Positions 1 through 9,364 of a DNA stretch of 64,000 nt are shown here, in pieces. Under the pieces are notes generated by a model, which worked only from the letters and a program-made list of their open reading frames with translations, had not been told where the DNA came from and did no database searches. The stretch spans positions 87,266-151,265 of the forward strand of contig JACPWO010000001.1 of the NCBI GenBank assembly GCA_016197005.1. The letters are read 5' to 3'. The DNA comes from Candidatus Anderseniibacteriota bacterium. GTDB lineage: Bacteria > Patescibacteriota > Andersenbacteria > UBA10190. Within the stretch, counting starts at the first letter, position 1. Every line of letters begins with the position of its first letter. The position numbers were made by a program, and so were the translations under genes.

Positions 1-3
1 ACT

Positions 4-1107
4 TTGGCAGTATGGAGTGCCGTTTCAGCCCTTCGAGCTGATTCCTATATCCTGGGAATGCTGCGCCTACGAGACATTGGTCTGTACATGATGCTGTACT
101 TTGCCGTCCTGTACCTACCTAAACACACAAGTGAGGCCATGAGACGTCGTCTTCTCTGGTTTACGATTGGTGTGGTAATAACGTTGGGGCTAGCCGCCTG
201 GCAGTGGTTCTTTTCGGTGGATAGCGCGGTACTACGGTTTGACCCAGTTCGAGAGATTTGGATTCCCCGTATTTCCAGTATTTTGGCCCATCCCAGTATT
301 TACGGGGAATACCTTATTGCTGCATTCACGTTGTTTGTTTCAATTGTGGTGTATGGGCAGAGAAATAAGCAATGGTGGTTTATCCTCCTGACAGTTCTTA
401 CGCTGCCAGCTATATTCCTGACATATTCACGCGCCGTGTGGATTGGCACCGCCGCAGCAGTTGCTGCCATGGCCTTTGTGTACATGCTTCGGATTTTTCG
501 TGGTCGTCTGGTAAATACCGTCAACAAAGTAAATACGAGACGAAAATCACTGATGATTATCGTGAGTGTGATTGTATGTATCGCTGTCGGTACTCTTCTC
601 CTTCGTTTTACACCAGCGGGTGGCCTCGTCAGATCTATTTTTGATCCAACATATCAGAGTAACGAAGAGCGTGTGGAGTTTTTCGTTCGCCTTATTGCTC
701 CACTTTCAAATACAGAAGCCGTGGTTGGTAGGGGACTTGGTGATGTAATCGCTCAGAATTTTCGAGAGGTTGATCTTGAAGCCTATGATATTGCTGCGGG
801 AGCGTCCCGAGCAGTACAGCTCACGAAAAATACAACTCTAGTAGATAACCAATACCTCAAAACATTTATTGAGATGGGAGTTGTAGGAATTGTGCTTTAC
901 TTGTGGTTGTACTGGCGTGTTGCGGTAACCGCTATTCAATCGGTAAAATCTAGTTCGGATTCTCTGTTAGGCGTTGTGGGGTTATGGGCGGTTGGATTTG
1001 TCGCGGCCTTTGCTATCCAAGCTCTCTTTATAGATATCTGGGATATATTTCCGACGAACGCGTTATTTTGGATCAACGCCGCTTTATTGACTTCTACGAA
1101 AAAATAG
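4..1107 (+). CDS. O-antigen ligase/polymerase-like polytopic membrane protein (5' end truncated by window edge)
   Basis: Long ORF running from the window edge. Multiple hydrophobic helices with a large loop, architecture typical of the WaaL/O-antigen polymerase family. Followed by an RBS-like GGAGAG and the next ORF. Confidence 0.45.
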   Translation: MAVWSAVSALRADSYILGMLRLRDIGLYMMLYFAVLYLPKHTSEAMRRRLLWFTIGVVITLGLAAWQWFFSVDSAVLRFDPVREIWIPRISSILAHPSIYGEYLIAAFTLFVSIVVYGQRNKQWWFILLTVLTLPAIFLTYSRAVWIGTAAAVAAMAFVYMLRIFRGRLVNTVNKVNTRRKSLMIIVSVIVCIAVGTLLLRFTPAGGLVRSIFDPTYQSNEERVEFFVRLIAPLSNTEAVVGRGLGDVIAQNFREVDLEAYDIAAGASRAVQLTKNTTLVDNQYLKTFIEMGVVGIVLYLWLYWRVAVTAIQSVKSSSDSLLGVVGLWAVGFVAAFAIQALFIDIWDIFPTNALFWINAALLTSTKK

Positions 1108-1134
1108 TACAAATTATTTCTGGTTGGTAATTCC

Positions 1135-1527
1135 GTGGACTCGAAAGGAGAGCACATGTTTTGCAACAGCACGTTTCAACTGATCACGGCTTCTGTTCTA
1201 CCACACAAAAAGAGGCAAGTCTGGGTATCTCGCTTACCTGCTCCACAGGCCATTCGCTTTGGGGATCATGCATTTTTGTATCTATCGGACAGACAAGAAA
1301 TTCAGTTTTCGTGGGAAAATCCCAGTCAATACGTACCGGTAGGAAGGTTTCAAGAAGTAATCTTTGCTCGGCCTCTGGAATACCCTGAGGTACTTTATGT
1401 AGAAGGATACTATCCCGCCGACTTTCTCATTACTCCTACCGGAACGACTCGCGGAGGGTGGGAAGATCTGATTGAGGCTGCTGTGACATCCATAGACAGA
1501 TGGGCTCTGGCCTCGGAAAGCAACTAG
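1135..1527 (+). CDS. hypothetical protein (130 aa)
   Basis: ORF preceded by AAAGGAGAG six nt upstream of the ATG and followed by an intrinsic terminator. No recognisable motifs. Confidence 0.35.
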   Translation: MDSKGEHMFCNSTFQLITASVLPHKKRQVWVSRLPAPQAIRFGDHAFLYLSDRQEIQFSWENPSQYVPVGRFQEVIFARPLEYPEVLYVEGYYPADFLITPTGTTRGGWEDLIEAAVTSIDRWALASESN

Positions 1528-1540
1528 CAAGATCATTGCG

Positions 1541-1569
1541 AGCGAGAGTTTTTTCTCTCGCTTTTTTAT
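1541..1569 (+). terminator. rho-independent terminator
   Basis: AGCGAGAG-TTTTTT-CTCTCGCT hairpin followed by TTTTTAT. Lies between convergent genes. Confidence 0.55.
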
Positions 1570-1581
1570 ATCGTATACATC

Positions 1582-2604
1582 TTAGAAACCTCGCCTTTTC
1601 TTCCGCCACATATCAATAAGCCACATTTTCCAATATCCAAATGATAACGGCAGATCCTGAGCATGCAGATAATCAATCGCGTAACCGCCAAACCCTTTTT
1701 TGAATGTTGTTATGCCAGCAAAAGGATGATTCGGTTCATTATCCGGGGCTATACCCCAGAAGTTGTATTGCGTAGCACCTCGTCTTTCTGCTTCCTTAAT
1801 TGTTTCCCATTGTAATAGTTGGGCGGCAGGAATTGATGTTGAGAGTTTAAGAGAAGCTCCGTGGTAATAGAAAACAGTATCGCCGAAGTGCATAAGCATC
1901 GCCCCGGCTACATCTTTTCCGTCATGTGAAGCTATTACAAAAAACATGTTATTCTCTTTGGAAAATTCTTCTGCCTGCGTCTGCAAAAAGCTGCGAGAAA
2001 AAGGAACAAAACCATGTCGATCTTTAGTTGTCTCGTAAAGCGGCCAAAACCGATCAAGCCCAGTTTGTATGTCAGTCACAATTTCTACCTGCACATTGGC
2101 CTGCTGTGCTTTTTTAATAGCGTGACGAGTAGTCTTACGCATGCCGGCTAAAATTTCCTCCTCACTTTTATAAATACTAAGCACCCATGTAAGTTCAGCA
2201 TGAATGTGTAAAGGCGCTGGACGAAAACCAGCCTCACTAAAAACAGCAACCGACTCAGGAGAAGTTTCAGTCAAAGGTGCTATTCGGAGAGCAGCTACCT
2301 GTTCTTTCGTTGCGTTTTCTTTAGCGTAGGCAACTAACTCAGCGACAGCTGTCTTTAATGGTAAGGGCGACTGAATGATTGGTCCGTGAGGAATAAGAAA
2401 GAATTTTCCGCGGCGAGCATTCACGGTGATAACGAGCGCAACGCCCTGCAGCTGTTGCCCTTCGTAAAAACCAAGGTAGCGGATGTTTTCACCCGTACGC
2501 TTCTGTACTTGGCCCCATTGCCATGATTGCAAAAACGTATTCGGCTTCACCTCACCCAAAAATCTGTCCCACTGCTCTTTATCTGTTATTTCAAGAATTT
2601 GCAT
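1582..2604 (-). CDS. FemAB-family peptidyltransferase (peptidoglycan interpeptide bridge formation)
   Basis: N-terminal SWQWGQ and the GKFFLIPHGP region are typical of FemABX/MurM aminoacyl-tRNA-dependent transferases. Confidence 0.7.
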   Translation of the reverse strand: MQILEITDKEQWDRFLGEVKPNTFLQSWQWGQVQKRTGENIRYLGFYEGQQLQGVALVITVNARRGKFFLIPHGPIIQSPLPLKTAVAELVAYAKENATKEQVAALRIAPLTETSPESVAVFSEAGFRPAPLHIHAELTWVLSIYKSEEEILAGMRKTTRHAIKKAQQANVQVEIVTDIQTGLDRFWPLYETTKDRHGFVPFSRSFLQTQAEEFSKENNMFFVIASHDGKDVAGAMLMHFGDTVFYYHGASLKLSTSIPAAQLLQWETIKEAERRGATQYNFWGIAPDNEPNHPFAGITTFKKGFGGYAIDYLHAQDLPLSFGYWKMWLIDMWRKKRRGF

Positions 2605-3835
2605 AAGTTTTCATAAAAGTAATCACTGTTTCCACCTGAGCATCATTCATCCGAGGGTAGGTGGGGAGATTAATAACATGAACAGCGGCTTCTTCCGCAA
2701 CCAGGCAGCTACCGGTTATGTACCTAAAATCCGAGAGATTTGAACTACCAGGCATAAGTGCACCGTCATACCAATCGCCGAGCAGTATTCCCTGTTGTTG
2801 TGCTTTCTTCAAAAATCCTTTTTTATCTGACACACGCACCGGTAGACGGAGCCAGGCTGGCTCGCTGAGGGAAGCGATCTGAGGAAGATCAAAAGAAGAT
2901 AGTGTCCCCAGGGCATTCATATATCGCCGGGCAATATCTCGGCGACGAGCTAAGGCGTAAGAAAACTTTTTGAGTTGGACATGAGCCAGAAAGGCGAGAG
3001 CAGGAGCATATACCCAATCAATATGACTGGGTTTTCCACCCGTTTTTTCTGGGGTCTCATATGCTCGGCTGAGCAATCCTACCTTTTGAGCCAACACAAG
3101 AATGGCCTTACCAATACCGATCGTGTAGAGAGGAAGAATTAACGAAAACAAAATAGGGTGAAGTAATTGTTGGGCAACCCACTTCGGCGATGGGTTTGTT
3201 CGCACAGCTTGTAATGCTTTTAGTTTTGTAAAAAGCTGATCGTTATTTGTTGCAATAGCACCGCCAAAGACAGAAGAAATCATTTTATCTCGCCCAAAGC
3301 TCATAAAAGAGATATCACCGAATGTGCCGACTGGTTGACCATTATGAAGTGCCCCAAGAGATACGGCGCAATCTTCGATGACTAGTATATTTTTTTCCTT
3401 TCCCAGCCTAACTATTTCTTCTATCGGCCCCGGAATACCGAACGTGTGTTGAATAATAATTGCTCTGGTGCGAGGAGTTATCCGGCTCCGTATATTTTCT
3501 ACTGAGAGGTTATATGTGCGAGCGTCAATGTCGACATATATCGGCGTGGCACCTGCCCACATAATACTTTCAGGAACAGCGATACAGGTAAATGCTTGTA
3601 GAATAACTTCATCCCCGGCACCAATATTGGCCGCGAACAGTATGTCCGCTAGCGCCTGACGGCCAGAGGAGGCAAGAAGAACCCGTCTACCCGCTAAGAT
3701 TTGAGAAACTTGGCGACGCACTTGTTCGAGAATTTCTTTATTTTCTCGCACCGATGACATCAGCAGAGCCCTTAGGGCAGCCCGAACATCTTCGGAGGTG
3801 GTATTAGGCGAGAGCGAGATTGCAATTGGCTTCAT
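2591..3835 (-). CDS. DegT/DnrJ/EryC1/StrS-family PLP-dependent sugar aminotransferase
   Basis: Fold-type I aminotransferase core with the conserved Lys context (SFMSFGRDKMIS) and glycine-rich PLP pocket. Its 14-nt overlap with the downstream FemAB gene suggests an operon. Confidence 0.75.
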   Translation of the reverse strand: MKPIAISLSPNTTSEDVRAALRALLMSSVRENKEILEQVRRQVSQILAGRRVLLASSGRQALADILFAANIGAGDEVILQAFTCIAVPESIMWAGATPIYVDIDARTYNLSVENIRSRITPRTRAIIIQHTFGIPGPIEEIVRLGKEKNILVIEDCAVSLGALHNGQPVGTFGDISFMSFGRDKMISSVFGGAIATNNDQLFTKLKALQAVRTNPSPKWVAQQLLHPILFSLILPLYTIGIGKAILVLAQKVGLLSRAYETPEKTGGKPSHIDWVYAPALAFLAHVQLKKFSYALARRRDIARRYMNALGTLSSFDLPQIASLSEPAWLRLPVRVSDKKGFLKKAQQQGILLGDWYDGALMPGSSNLSDFRYITGSCLVAEEAAVHVINLPTYPRMNDAQVETVITFMKTYANS

Positions 3836-3845
3836 GCACTAGACC

Positions 3846-5435
3846 CTAGCGGATGAGCGCATTTCGTACAACTTCAGGGACACGACCTTCAAAGAGGGTA
3901 ACAGTGCCTGATCCCACGCTTGCCGTAACAGTAGTGGTAAGTTCTTCGGATCGCGTAAACCAAAGCGCATTCTTTTGCTTTTTCCCCATTCCTTGACGAA
4001 TGTCGTGCTCATGCGCTTTCCCAAAAATTAAGACAGACGCACCACTGGCCGCTAGTGCTTGGCCCAGTCGCCGGTGTACACCTTTTCCTTCACGACCCAA
4101 TTCAATGATTGGTACAAACACGATGCGTTTATCTTCGGCATCAAATGCTTTCAGCTGCTCTAGCGCATTTAAAGCTGCCGCTTCGCCACCCGAATAACTG
4201 TCATCAATGACGACGGAACCACGAAGACCAGGCACAATGTGCATAGTTCGCGAAAGAGGCTTAAGACGACGCAGTGCAGCAAAAATATTTTTCGCTGGCA
4301 CATTGAGTGCACTCGCTGTGGCCGCTGCTGCTAAGGCACTATTCAATGCTGCCCGACCGGCTAGCGGGAGTGTGATTCGCTGCTGATTCTCACCAATATG
4401 CAGGAGAGCAGAAATCGATTGGGGAGAAAGAGAAATATCCTCAGCATATACATCGGCTCGGGTTTTCATTGAATACGCAACGACGGGAACTTTAGCCGTT
4501 TTGCTTCGCGTACGAATACGCTCATCATCCTTATTTACAACCGCCACGCCTTCAGATGGTAAGCCCTTTATTAACTCCCATTTGGCGGCCGCCAGGGCAG
4601 CAGTTGATCCAAAAAGTGCCGCGTGTTGATTAGAAATTGCGGTAACAACTCCAATACGGGGACGAGTAAGTTGAACAAGCGCAGCAATTTCTCCACGACG
4701 GTACGCAGCCATCTCGGCAATGTAAATTTCTGGTTCTTTCCGCAACTGTTCAATCATATCTTGGGCAACGGCGAACTCACTATTACGATGAGCACGGGTG
4801 GCCCGCACATTCAGCCCAGCTTGCTTGAGGATCTGGTACAAAAATTCTTTTGTAGAAGTTTTGCCAAAACTACCAGTAATACCAACCACTTTCATTTGTT
4901 GACGACTATCTCTCAATCGTGAAGCTTCTGCGATAATAGAACGTTTGCGAATACCGGCGACAGCATTGGCAAAAAGAACACATACGGCTGCAGCGGCAGG
5001 TAAAAAGAAGAGGAGGGTAGACAGCTGCAGGGCCGGATACAGTGGACTTCGCACTACCATCAGTAAAAGACCAATGACGACAGCGGCCAGAAGAAGTAAT
5101 AGAATTCCTGCTTTCGGAGTAATGTGGGGGCGGTAAATACCCGTGACCATCGCTTCGTACGCATATTTTAAAGCAAGCAGTATCAAGGCGGCGAAACCAA
5201 AATAATCTGGTAGCTCTGTAAAACCAGAAATGTACGTTACCCAACCAGCAAAAACACCAGCGGCGAATAATAAGAAAAAAATATCTTGCGTGGGACTGCC
5301 TTCAGGACTGGTTAGATAGGAACGCATTCGATCCCAGCGATATTCTTTTCGCTGCCAAAGGTAAGTTTGACGTAAAATAGAAAGCGTAGCGAGTATGCTG
5401 GCCAGAAGGGAACTTACCAGATAGGGTATCGGCAT
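3846..5435 (-). CDS. MurF-like Mur ligase with an N-terminal ~170-aa 4-helix membrane domain replacing the canonical N-domain
   Basis: Central and C-terminal domains align block by block with MurF: GITGSFGKTSTKE, AEMAAYRRGEIA, TRPRIGVVTAISNQHAALFGS, VVNKDD, LPLAGRAALNSALAAA, DDSYSGG. The first ~170 residues are hydrophobic helices. Confidence 0.7.
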   Translation of the reverse strand: MPIPYLVSSLLASILATLSILRQTYLWQRKEYRWDRMRSYLTSPEGSPTQDIFFLLFAAGVFAGWVTYISGFTELPDYFGFAALILLALKYAYEAMVTGIYRPHITPKAGILLLLLAAVVIGLLLMVVRSPLYPALQLSTLLFFLPAAAAVCVLFANAVAGIRKRSIIAEASRLRDSRQQMKVVGITGSFGKTSTKEFLYQILKQAGLNVRATRAHRNSEFAVAQDMIEQLRKEPEIYIAEMAAYRRGEIAALVQLTRPRIGVVTAISNQHAALFGSTAALAAAKWELIKGLPSEGVAVVNKDDERIRTRSKTAKVPVVAYSMKTRADVYAEDISLSPQSISALLHIGENQQRITLPLAGRAALNSALAAAATASALNVPAKNIFAALRRLKPLSRTMHIVPGLRGSVVIDDSYSGGEAAALNALEQLKAFDAEDKRIVFVPIIELGREGKGVHRRLGQALAASGASVLIFGKAHEHDIRQGMGKKQKNALWFTRSEELTTTVTASVGSGTVTLFEGRVPEVVRNALIR

Positions 5436-5485
5436 ACCATCTATAATAAAGGAACTGGTAAGGACTAACTAGTAATACAGCACCT

Positions 5486-6448
5486 ATGAATCTAACGATA
5501 CAAATTGTCGGTTGGAATAGTGAAGGTAGTCTCAAGCGCTTACTGCCATTACTTCAAAAGCTGGACGCTGCTATTCCTGTTCGATATATCGATAACGCTT
5601 CAAGCGACGATTCTGTTGCCGTCGTAAAACAATTTCTGCCGCGGGCGGACATTATTACCGTTTCTGAAAACACTGGCTTTTGTAGCGGACATAATATTGG
5701 ATTTGCGGCTTGTGATACTGAATTCGTTCTTGTCCTTAATCCTGACGTTGAAATTGTTTGGGAACAAGTTCAAAAACTACTGCCATTGTTTCAAGACAAA
5801 ACAATTGCAGCCGTGCAAGGAAAACTTATGCGGAATGCCGTCGGCATTCTTGATTCCACCGGCGTTGTTCAAACAATTACACTTAATGGAAAAGAGCGTG
5901 GGGCAGGAGAAAAAGATACCGGACAGTATAACCAGCCAGCTCATGTGGCTGCCACTACTGGAGCATGCAGTATCTATCGCACCTCGGCTCTTCGTCGCGT
6001 AGCGCACGGCACCTATACGACCGCGGGACACTCTGCCTTAGAGGTGTTTGATAAAGATTTCTTTGCTTATAAGGAAGATGTGGACTTGGGTTGGCGTCTT
6101 AGAAATGCCGGGTTCACTAATCAGTATCTGCCGGTACGAGTAGGTACCCATCCTCGAGCCATGCGAACTATTGGTAGAGCAGGTTGGGGAATTATTCCTT
6201 CGCACATAGTAGACCGCCTACGAAACGTGACGACTCGTTGGTCCCTACGCAATTACGTCTGGATGATTGTAAAGAATGCTTCGGCGAAAAAAATATTTCT
6301 TCATGAAATTTTTATTGATGCACGACTTGGAGTATTCATTCTTCTCTCTCTTGTATACTGGCCCCTCTTATCGGTTTGGCTTGACATTTTCCAGAAATTA
6401 CCTCTAATGATGGAGAAACGCTATGAAGCTCGCCATTATCACCGTTAA
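5486..6448 (+). CDS. glycosyltransferase family 2
   Basis: GT-A N-terminal pattern (IVGWNSEGSLKRLLPLL, DNASSDDS, DxD-like LNPD). Confidence 0.65.
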   Translation: MNLTIQIVGWNSEGSLKRLLPLLQKLDAAIPVRYIDNASSDDSVAVVKQFLPRADIITVSENTGFCSGHNIGFAACDTEFVLVLNPDVEIVWEQVQKLLPLFQDKTIAAVQGKLMRNAVGILDSTGVVQTITLNGKERGAGEKDTGQYNQPAHVAATTGACSIYRTSALRRVAHGTYTTAGHSALEVFDKDFFAYKEDVDLGWRLRNAGFTNQYLPVRVGTHPRAMRTIGRAGWGIIPSHIVDRLRNVTTRWSLRNYVWMIVKNASAKKIFLHEIFIDARLGVFILLSLVYWPLLSVWLDIFQKLPLMMEKRYEARHYHR

Positions 6449-7262
6449 TTATAAGTCGCGGATTCTAACCGCTTCTCTTATTGAATCTCTTCTGCGCGCA
6501 AATCTTCCCAAGCAGGTAGAGATTATTGTCGTAGATAACAACTCTCAAGATAACAGCGTAGAACTCCTGCGTTCTGATTTTCCTGAAGTAACTGTTATTG
6601 CTAATGAGGAAAACCTGGGGTTAGCGGGTGGAGTAAATACGGCCATGAAAAGCGTGAAGAGTGACTATTACCTTATTCTCAATCCTGATATGACCGTGGA
6701 GCCCGATGCGGTGACCAAGCTTGTTGCGTTTATGGACAGGAATGAAACGGTTGGCATGGCCGGTGGAAAGCTTCTGTCACCGGGCGGCGAACTTCAAGCT
6801 TCTTGCTTCCGTTTTTATACACCCATGATTATCGTGTATCGCCGTACGTGGCTAGGAAAAACAAAGCGAGGACAAAAAGCACTTAGTGAATTTCTGATGG
6901 AAGACTTCGATCACGCCTCCGCCGTCGATGTCGATTGGCTCATGGGTGCCTGCCTTATTGTTCGAGGGAAAGCCATCACCCAAGTAGGCGGTATGGATGA
7001 ACGGTATTTCATGTATTTTGAAGACGTAGATTGGGGACGACGAATGTGGGAAGCTGGCTGGCGCGTGTCGTATGTACCGGACGCACGTTTTTCTCATTTC
7101 CATCAGCGCAGCAGCGAGCAAGGAATTTTAAGCTACTTCACTAACCGACCGACCCGCGAACATATCAAGTCCGCCTTAAAGTATTTCTGGAAATACCAGG
7201 GAAAGCGTTACAATGGCACACATGGCACAGCATCTGCCGACAATAAAACTGGATCAGTTTGA
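6423..7262 (+). CDS. glycosyltransferase family 2
   Basis: AIITVNYKS, VVDNNSQDNS and DPD/ED motifs typical of GT2. Overlaps the previous GT2, consistent with an operon. Confidence 0.7.
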   Translation: MKLAIITVNYKSRILTASLIESLLRANLPKQVEIIVVDNNSQDNSVELLRSDFPEVTVIANEENLGLAGGVNTAMKSVKSDYYLILNPDMTVEPDAVTKLVAFMDRNETVGMAGGKLLSPGGELQASCFRFYTPMIIVYRRTWLGKTKRGQKALSEFLMEDFDHASAVDVDWLMGACLIVRGKAITQVGGMDERYFMYFEDVDWGRRMWEAGWRVSYVPDARFSHFHQRSSEQGILSYFTNRPTREHIKSALKYFWKYQGKRYNGTHGTASADNKTGSV

Positions 7263-7932
7263 GGGTCCGTTTGATCTCTTACTTGAACTGGCGCGAAAGC
7301 GACAGGTCAATTTATCTGAGATTTCACTCCGCACTATTACGGACGACTTTTTATCCTATATTTCCGCTCACACAATTCCGGCTCTTATCCAGGGAGACTT
7401 TCTGGTCGTTGCCGCTACCCTGGCGTTGCTGAAAATTCGTAGCCTTCTACCAAATCTAACTCCAGAAGAGGAGGAGGAAATTTCTTCGTTAACTGATCGT
7501 GTTCGCGCCTACCAACTGTATCGGCAACAAGCAGAGAATTTCCAAAAACAGTGGGGGGAATTGCGACTACTTTCAGGAAGATTTTGGTCAGAAGAAAAAC
7601 CGGTCATACCAACAAAACCACTATCTTTTCCTACTGTTACGAGCAGCGATTTACAACATATATTTGCGTCGATTGTTCAGAAACTACCAAAAGCTCCCCA
7701 TCCTCGCGCCCATTTGGTACAGCGGGGTCGTTCCTTAATTGATTGGTTGCAGCTCTTGGAAACACGGCTCTCTAAAGTTCGCACCATCCTATTTCAAAAG
7801 ACACTCAAAGGTTCTTCCCCTCAGGACACGGCAATATCGTTTTTGGCAGTCCTAGAGCTAGCACGAAAACAAACCGTAGTTATTGAACAAACCACTCCGT
7901 TTTCAGAAATTACTATTGCTCGCCAGGTATGA
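7213..7932 (+). CDS. scpA: segregation and condensation protein A
   Basis: FEGPFDLLLELARKRQVNLSEISL N-terminal signature of ScpA. Followed by scpB with an ATGA overlap. Confidence 0.75.
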   Translation: MAHMAQHLPTIKLDQFEGPFDLLLELARKRQVNLSEISLRTITDDFLSYISAHTIPALIQGDFLVVAATLALLKIRSLLPNLTPEEEEEISSLTDRVRAYQLYRQQAENFQKQWGELRLLSGRFWSEEKPVIPTKPLSFPTVTSSDLQHIFASIVQKLPKAPHPRAHLVQRGRSLIDWLQLLETRLSKVRTILFQKTLKGSSPQDTAISFLAVLELARKQTVVIEQTTPFSEITIARQV

Positions 7933-8462
7933 CCTCGCATACTCAGCACATACAGGCGCTCTTGTTTACCGCTGGTGAGGCGGTAAGTAAGGAGGAGCTA
8001 TGTCAGCTAAGTAAAGTAACTGAAGAAGAGTTGGCAGGCGCTATCCATGAAATGTCGGAGGCTCTCCGTGGCACTGGGCTCGCAATCATAGAAACGGCTA
8101 CTCATGTTGAGCTCGTAACCAGTCCGGCCGTAGCCGAATTCTTAGCAAAGTTTCAGCGGGAGGAATCAACCGAACTTTCTCGGGCAGCCTCGGAAACACT
8201 AGCCATCATTGCGTACCGCGGGCCTATTTCTCGTTACGACGTCGATATGCTTCGCGGGGTAGATAGCCGGGGTATGATTCGCCAGCTATTACAGCGAGGA
8301 ATTGTGCAGCGATTGCAACGCTCTGGTCGCACACCACTGTATGACATCACGGAAGAGTTTCTAAAACATATGGGAATCACCAATCGCACTGCTCTACCAC
8401 AGTTTGAAGACTTAAAAGAAGCAGACGGAGTAAATCGATTGCTCCAAAAGAGTTCTACGTAA
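7929..8462 (+). CDS. scpB: segregation and condensation protein B
   Basis: ScpB-like winged-helix tandem (IQALLFTAGEAVSKEEL, AYRGPISRYDVDMLRG). Confidence 0.75.
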   Translation: MTSHTQHIQALLFTAGEAVSKEELCQLSKVTEEELAGAIHEMSEALRGTGLAIIETATHVELVTSPAVAEFLAKFQREESTELSRAASETLAIIAYRGPISRYDVDMLRGVDSRGMIRQLLQRGIVQRLQRSGRTPLYDITEEFLKHMGITNRTALPQFEDLKEADGVNRLLQKSST

Positions 8463-8467
8463 CTTCT

Positions 8468-9364
8468 ATGACACTTACAAGTACACTAGTAGCCGCTACC
8501 TTTTGCGCTCTCCTGCAACAACCACTGACCGAGTGTGTTGTCAGTAACAACACACCGGCAGCGGTCGCCGGTATTCAAACAATTACTACTCCTCAGCACA
8601 CGGGGGAAGCAGTTGATGTGGTATTAACCGCTCAGGCCGCCATTGTTTGGGACGTTGCCACCGGCACAATTTTATATGAAAAGAATGCAGATAGTCAGCG
8701 CCCAGTTGCTTCCTTAAGTAAGTTGGTGAGTGCGTTGACCATTCGATCGCTGATGGCGCCAGCAACAATTGTGGAAATTTCGCCAGCCGTTCGATCAGCC
8801 CAATTATCTGGAGCAAACATTAAGTTACCTATCGGTCAGCACGCCACCGTTCAAGAACTGCTGGAGGCGGGCATGATTGCATCTGCTAACGACGCGATGG
8901 TAGCGCTGGCCGAAGCAAGCAGTGGGAGCGAACAGGAGTTTGTAACATATGCAAATGCTCACGCCGCGGAATTGGGTCTTAGCCATACTCAACTTGCCAA
9001 CGCGACTGGTCTGGAGGGTGGCACTCAATACTCAACGGCACGAGACATAATGCAGGCGATGAAGCGAGTATATAGTGACTCACTATTGCGATCGTTTATG
9101 GATCAGAAAAGCGGGGTGCTGGTAACGGAAGAAGGTGCTCGCCGGGCATACGAAACAACCAATGACCTTATTGGCACTTATATGCCCATTTTGGCCGGGA
9201 AGACCGGCTACACGTTGGAGGCTGGGGAAAACCTAACTATTATTACTCGAGATAGCGCTGGTCACACGATTGGAGCAGTGGTTCTCGGCTCAGATCAGCG
9301 CTTTCAGGATATGAAAGTACTAGTCGAGTGGGTGTGGCGGAACTATACTTGGCATACGCTGTGA
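8468..9364 (+). CDS. D-alanyl-D-alanine carboxypeptidase (peptidase S11, PBP5/6-like)
   Basis: Signal peptide followed by SxxK (ASLSKL), SxN (SAND) and KTG (KTGYT) motifs in the correct order. Confidence 0.75.
   Translation: MTLTSTLVAATFCALLQQPLTECVVSNNTPAAVAGIQTITTPQHTGEAVDVVLTAQAAIVWDVATGTILYEKNADSQRPVASLSKLVSALTIRSLMAPATIVEISPAVRSAQLSGANIKLPIGQHATVQELLEAGMIASANDAMVALAEASSGSEQEFVTYANAHAAELGLSHTQLANATGLEGGTQYSTARDIMQAMKRVYSDSLLRSFMDQKSGVLVTEEGARRAYETTNDLIGTYMPILAGKTGYTLEAGENLTIITRDSAGHTIGAVVLGSDQRFQDMKVLVEWVWRNYTWHTL

Noticed and set aside
3839-5244. Overlapping ORFs (3839-4024, 4000-4197, 4571-4753, 4623-4922, 4906-5244) within the MurF-like gene
   Set aside because: All are nested in or antisense to a gene with strong homology support. 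No independent signals.
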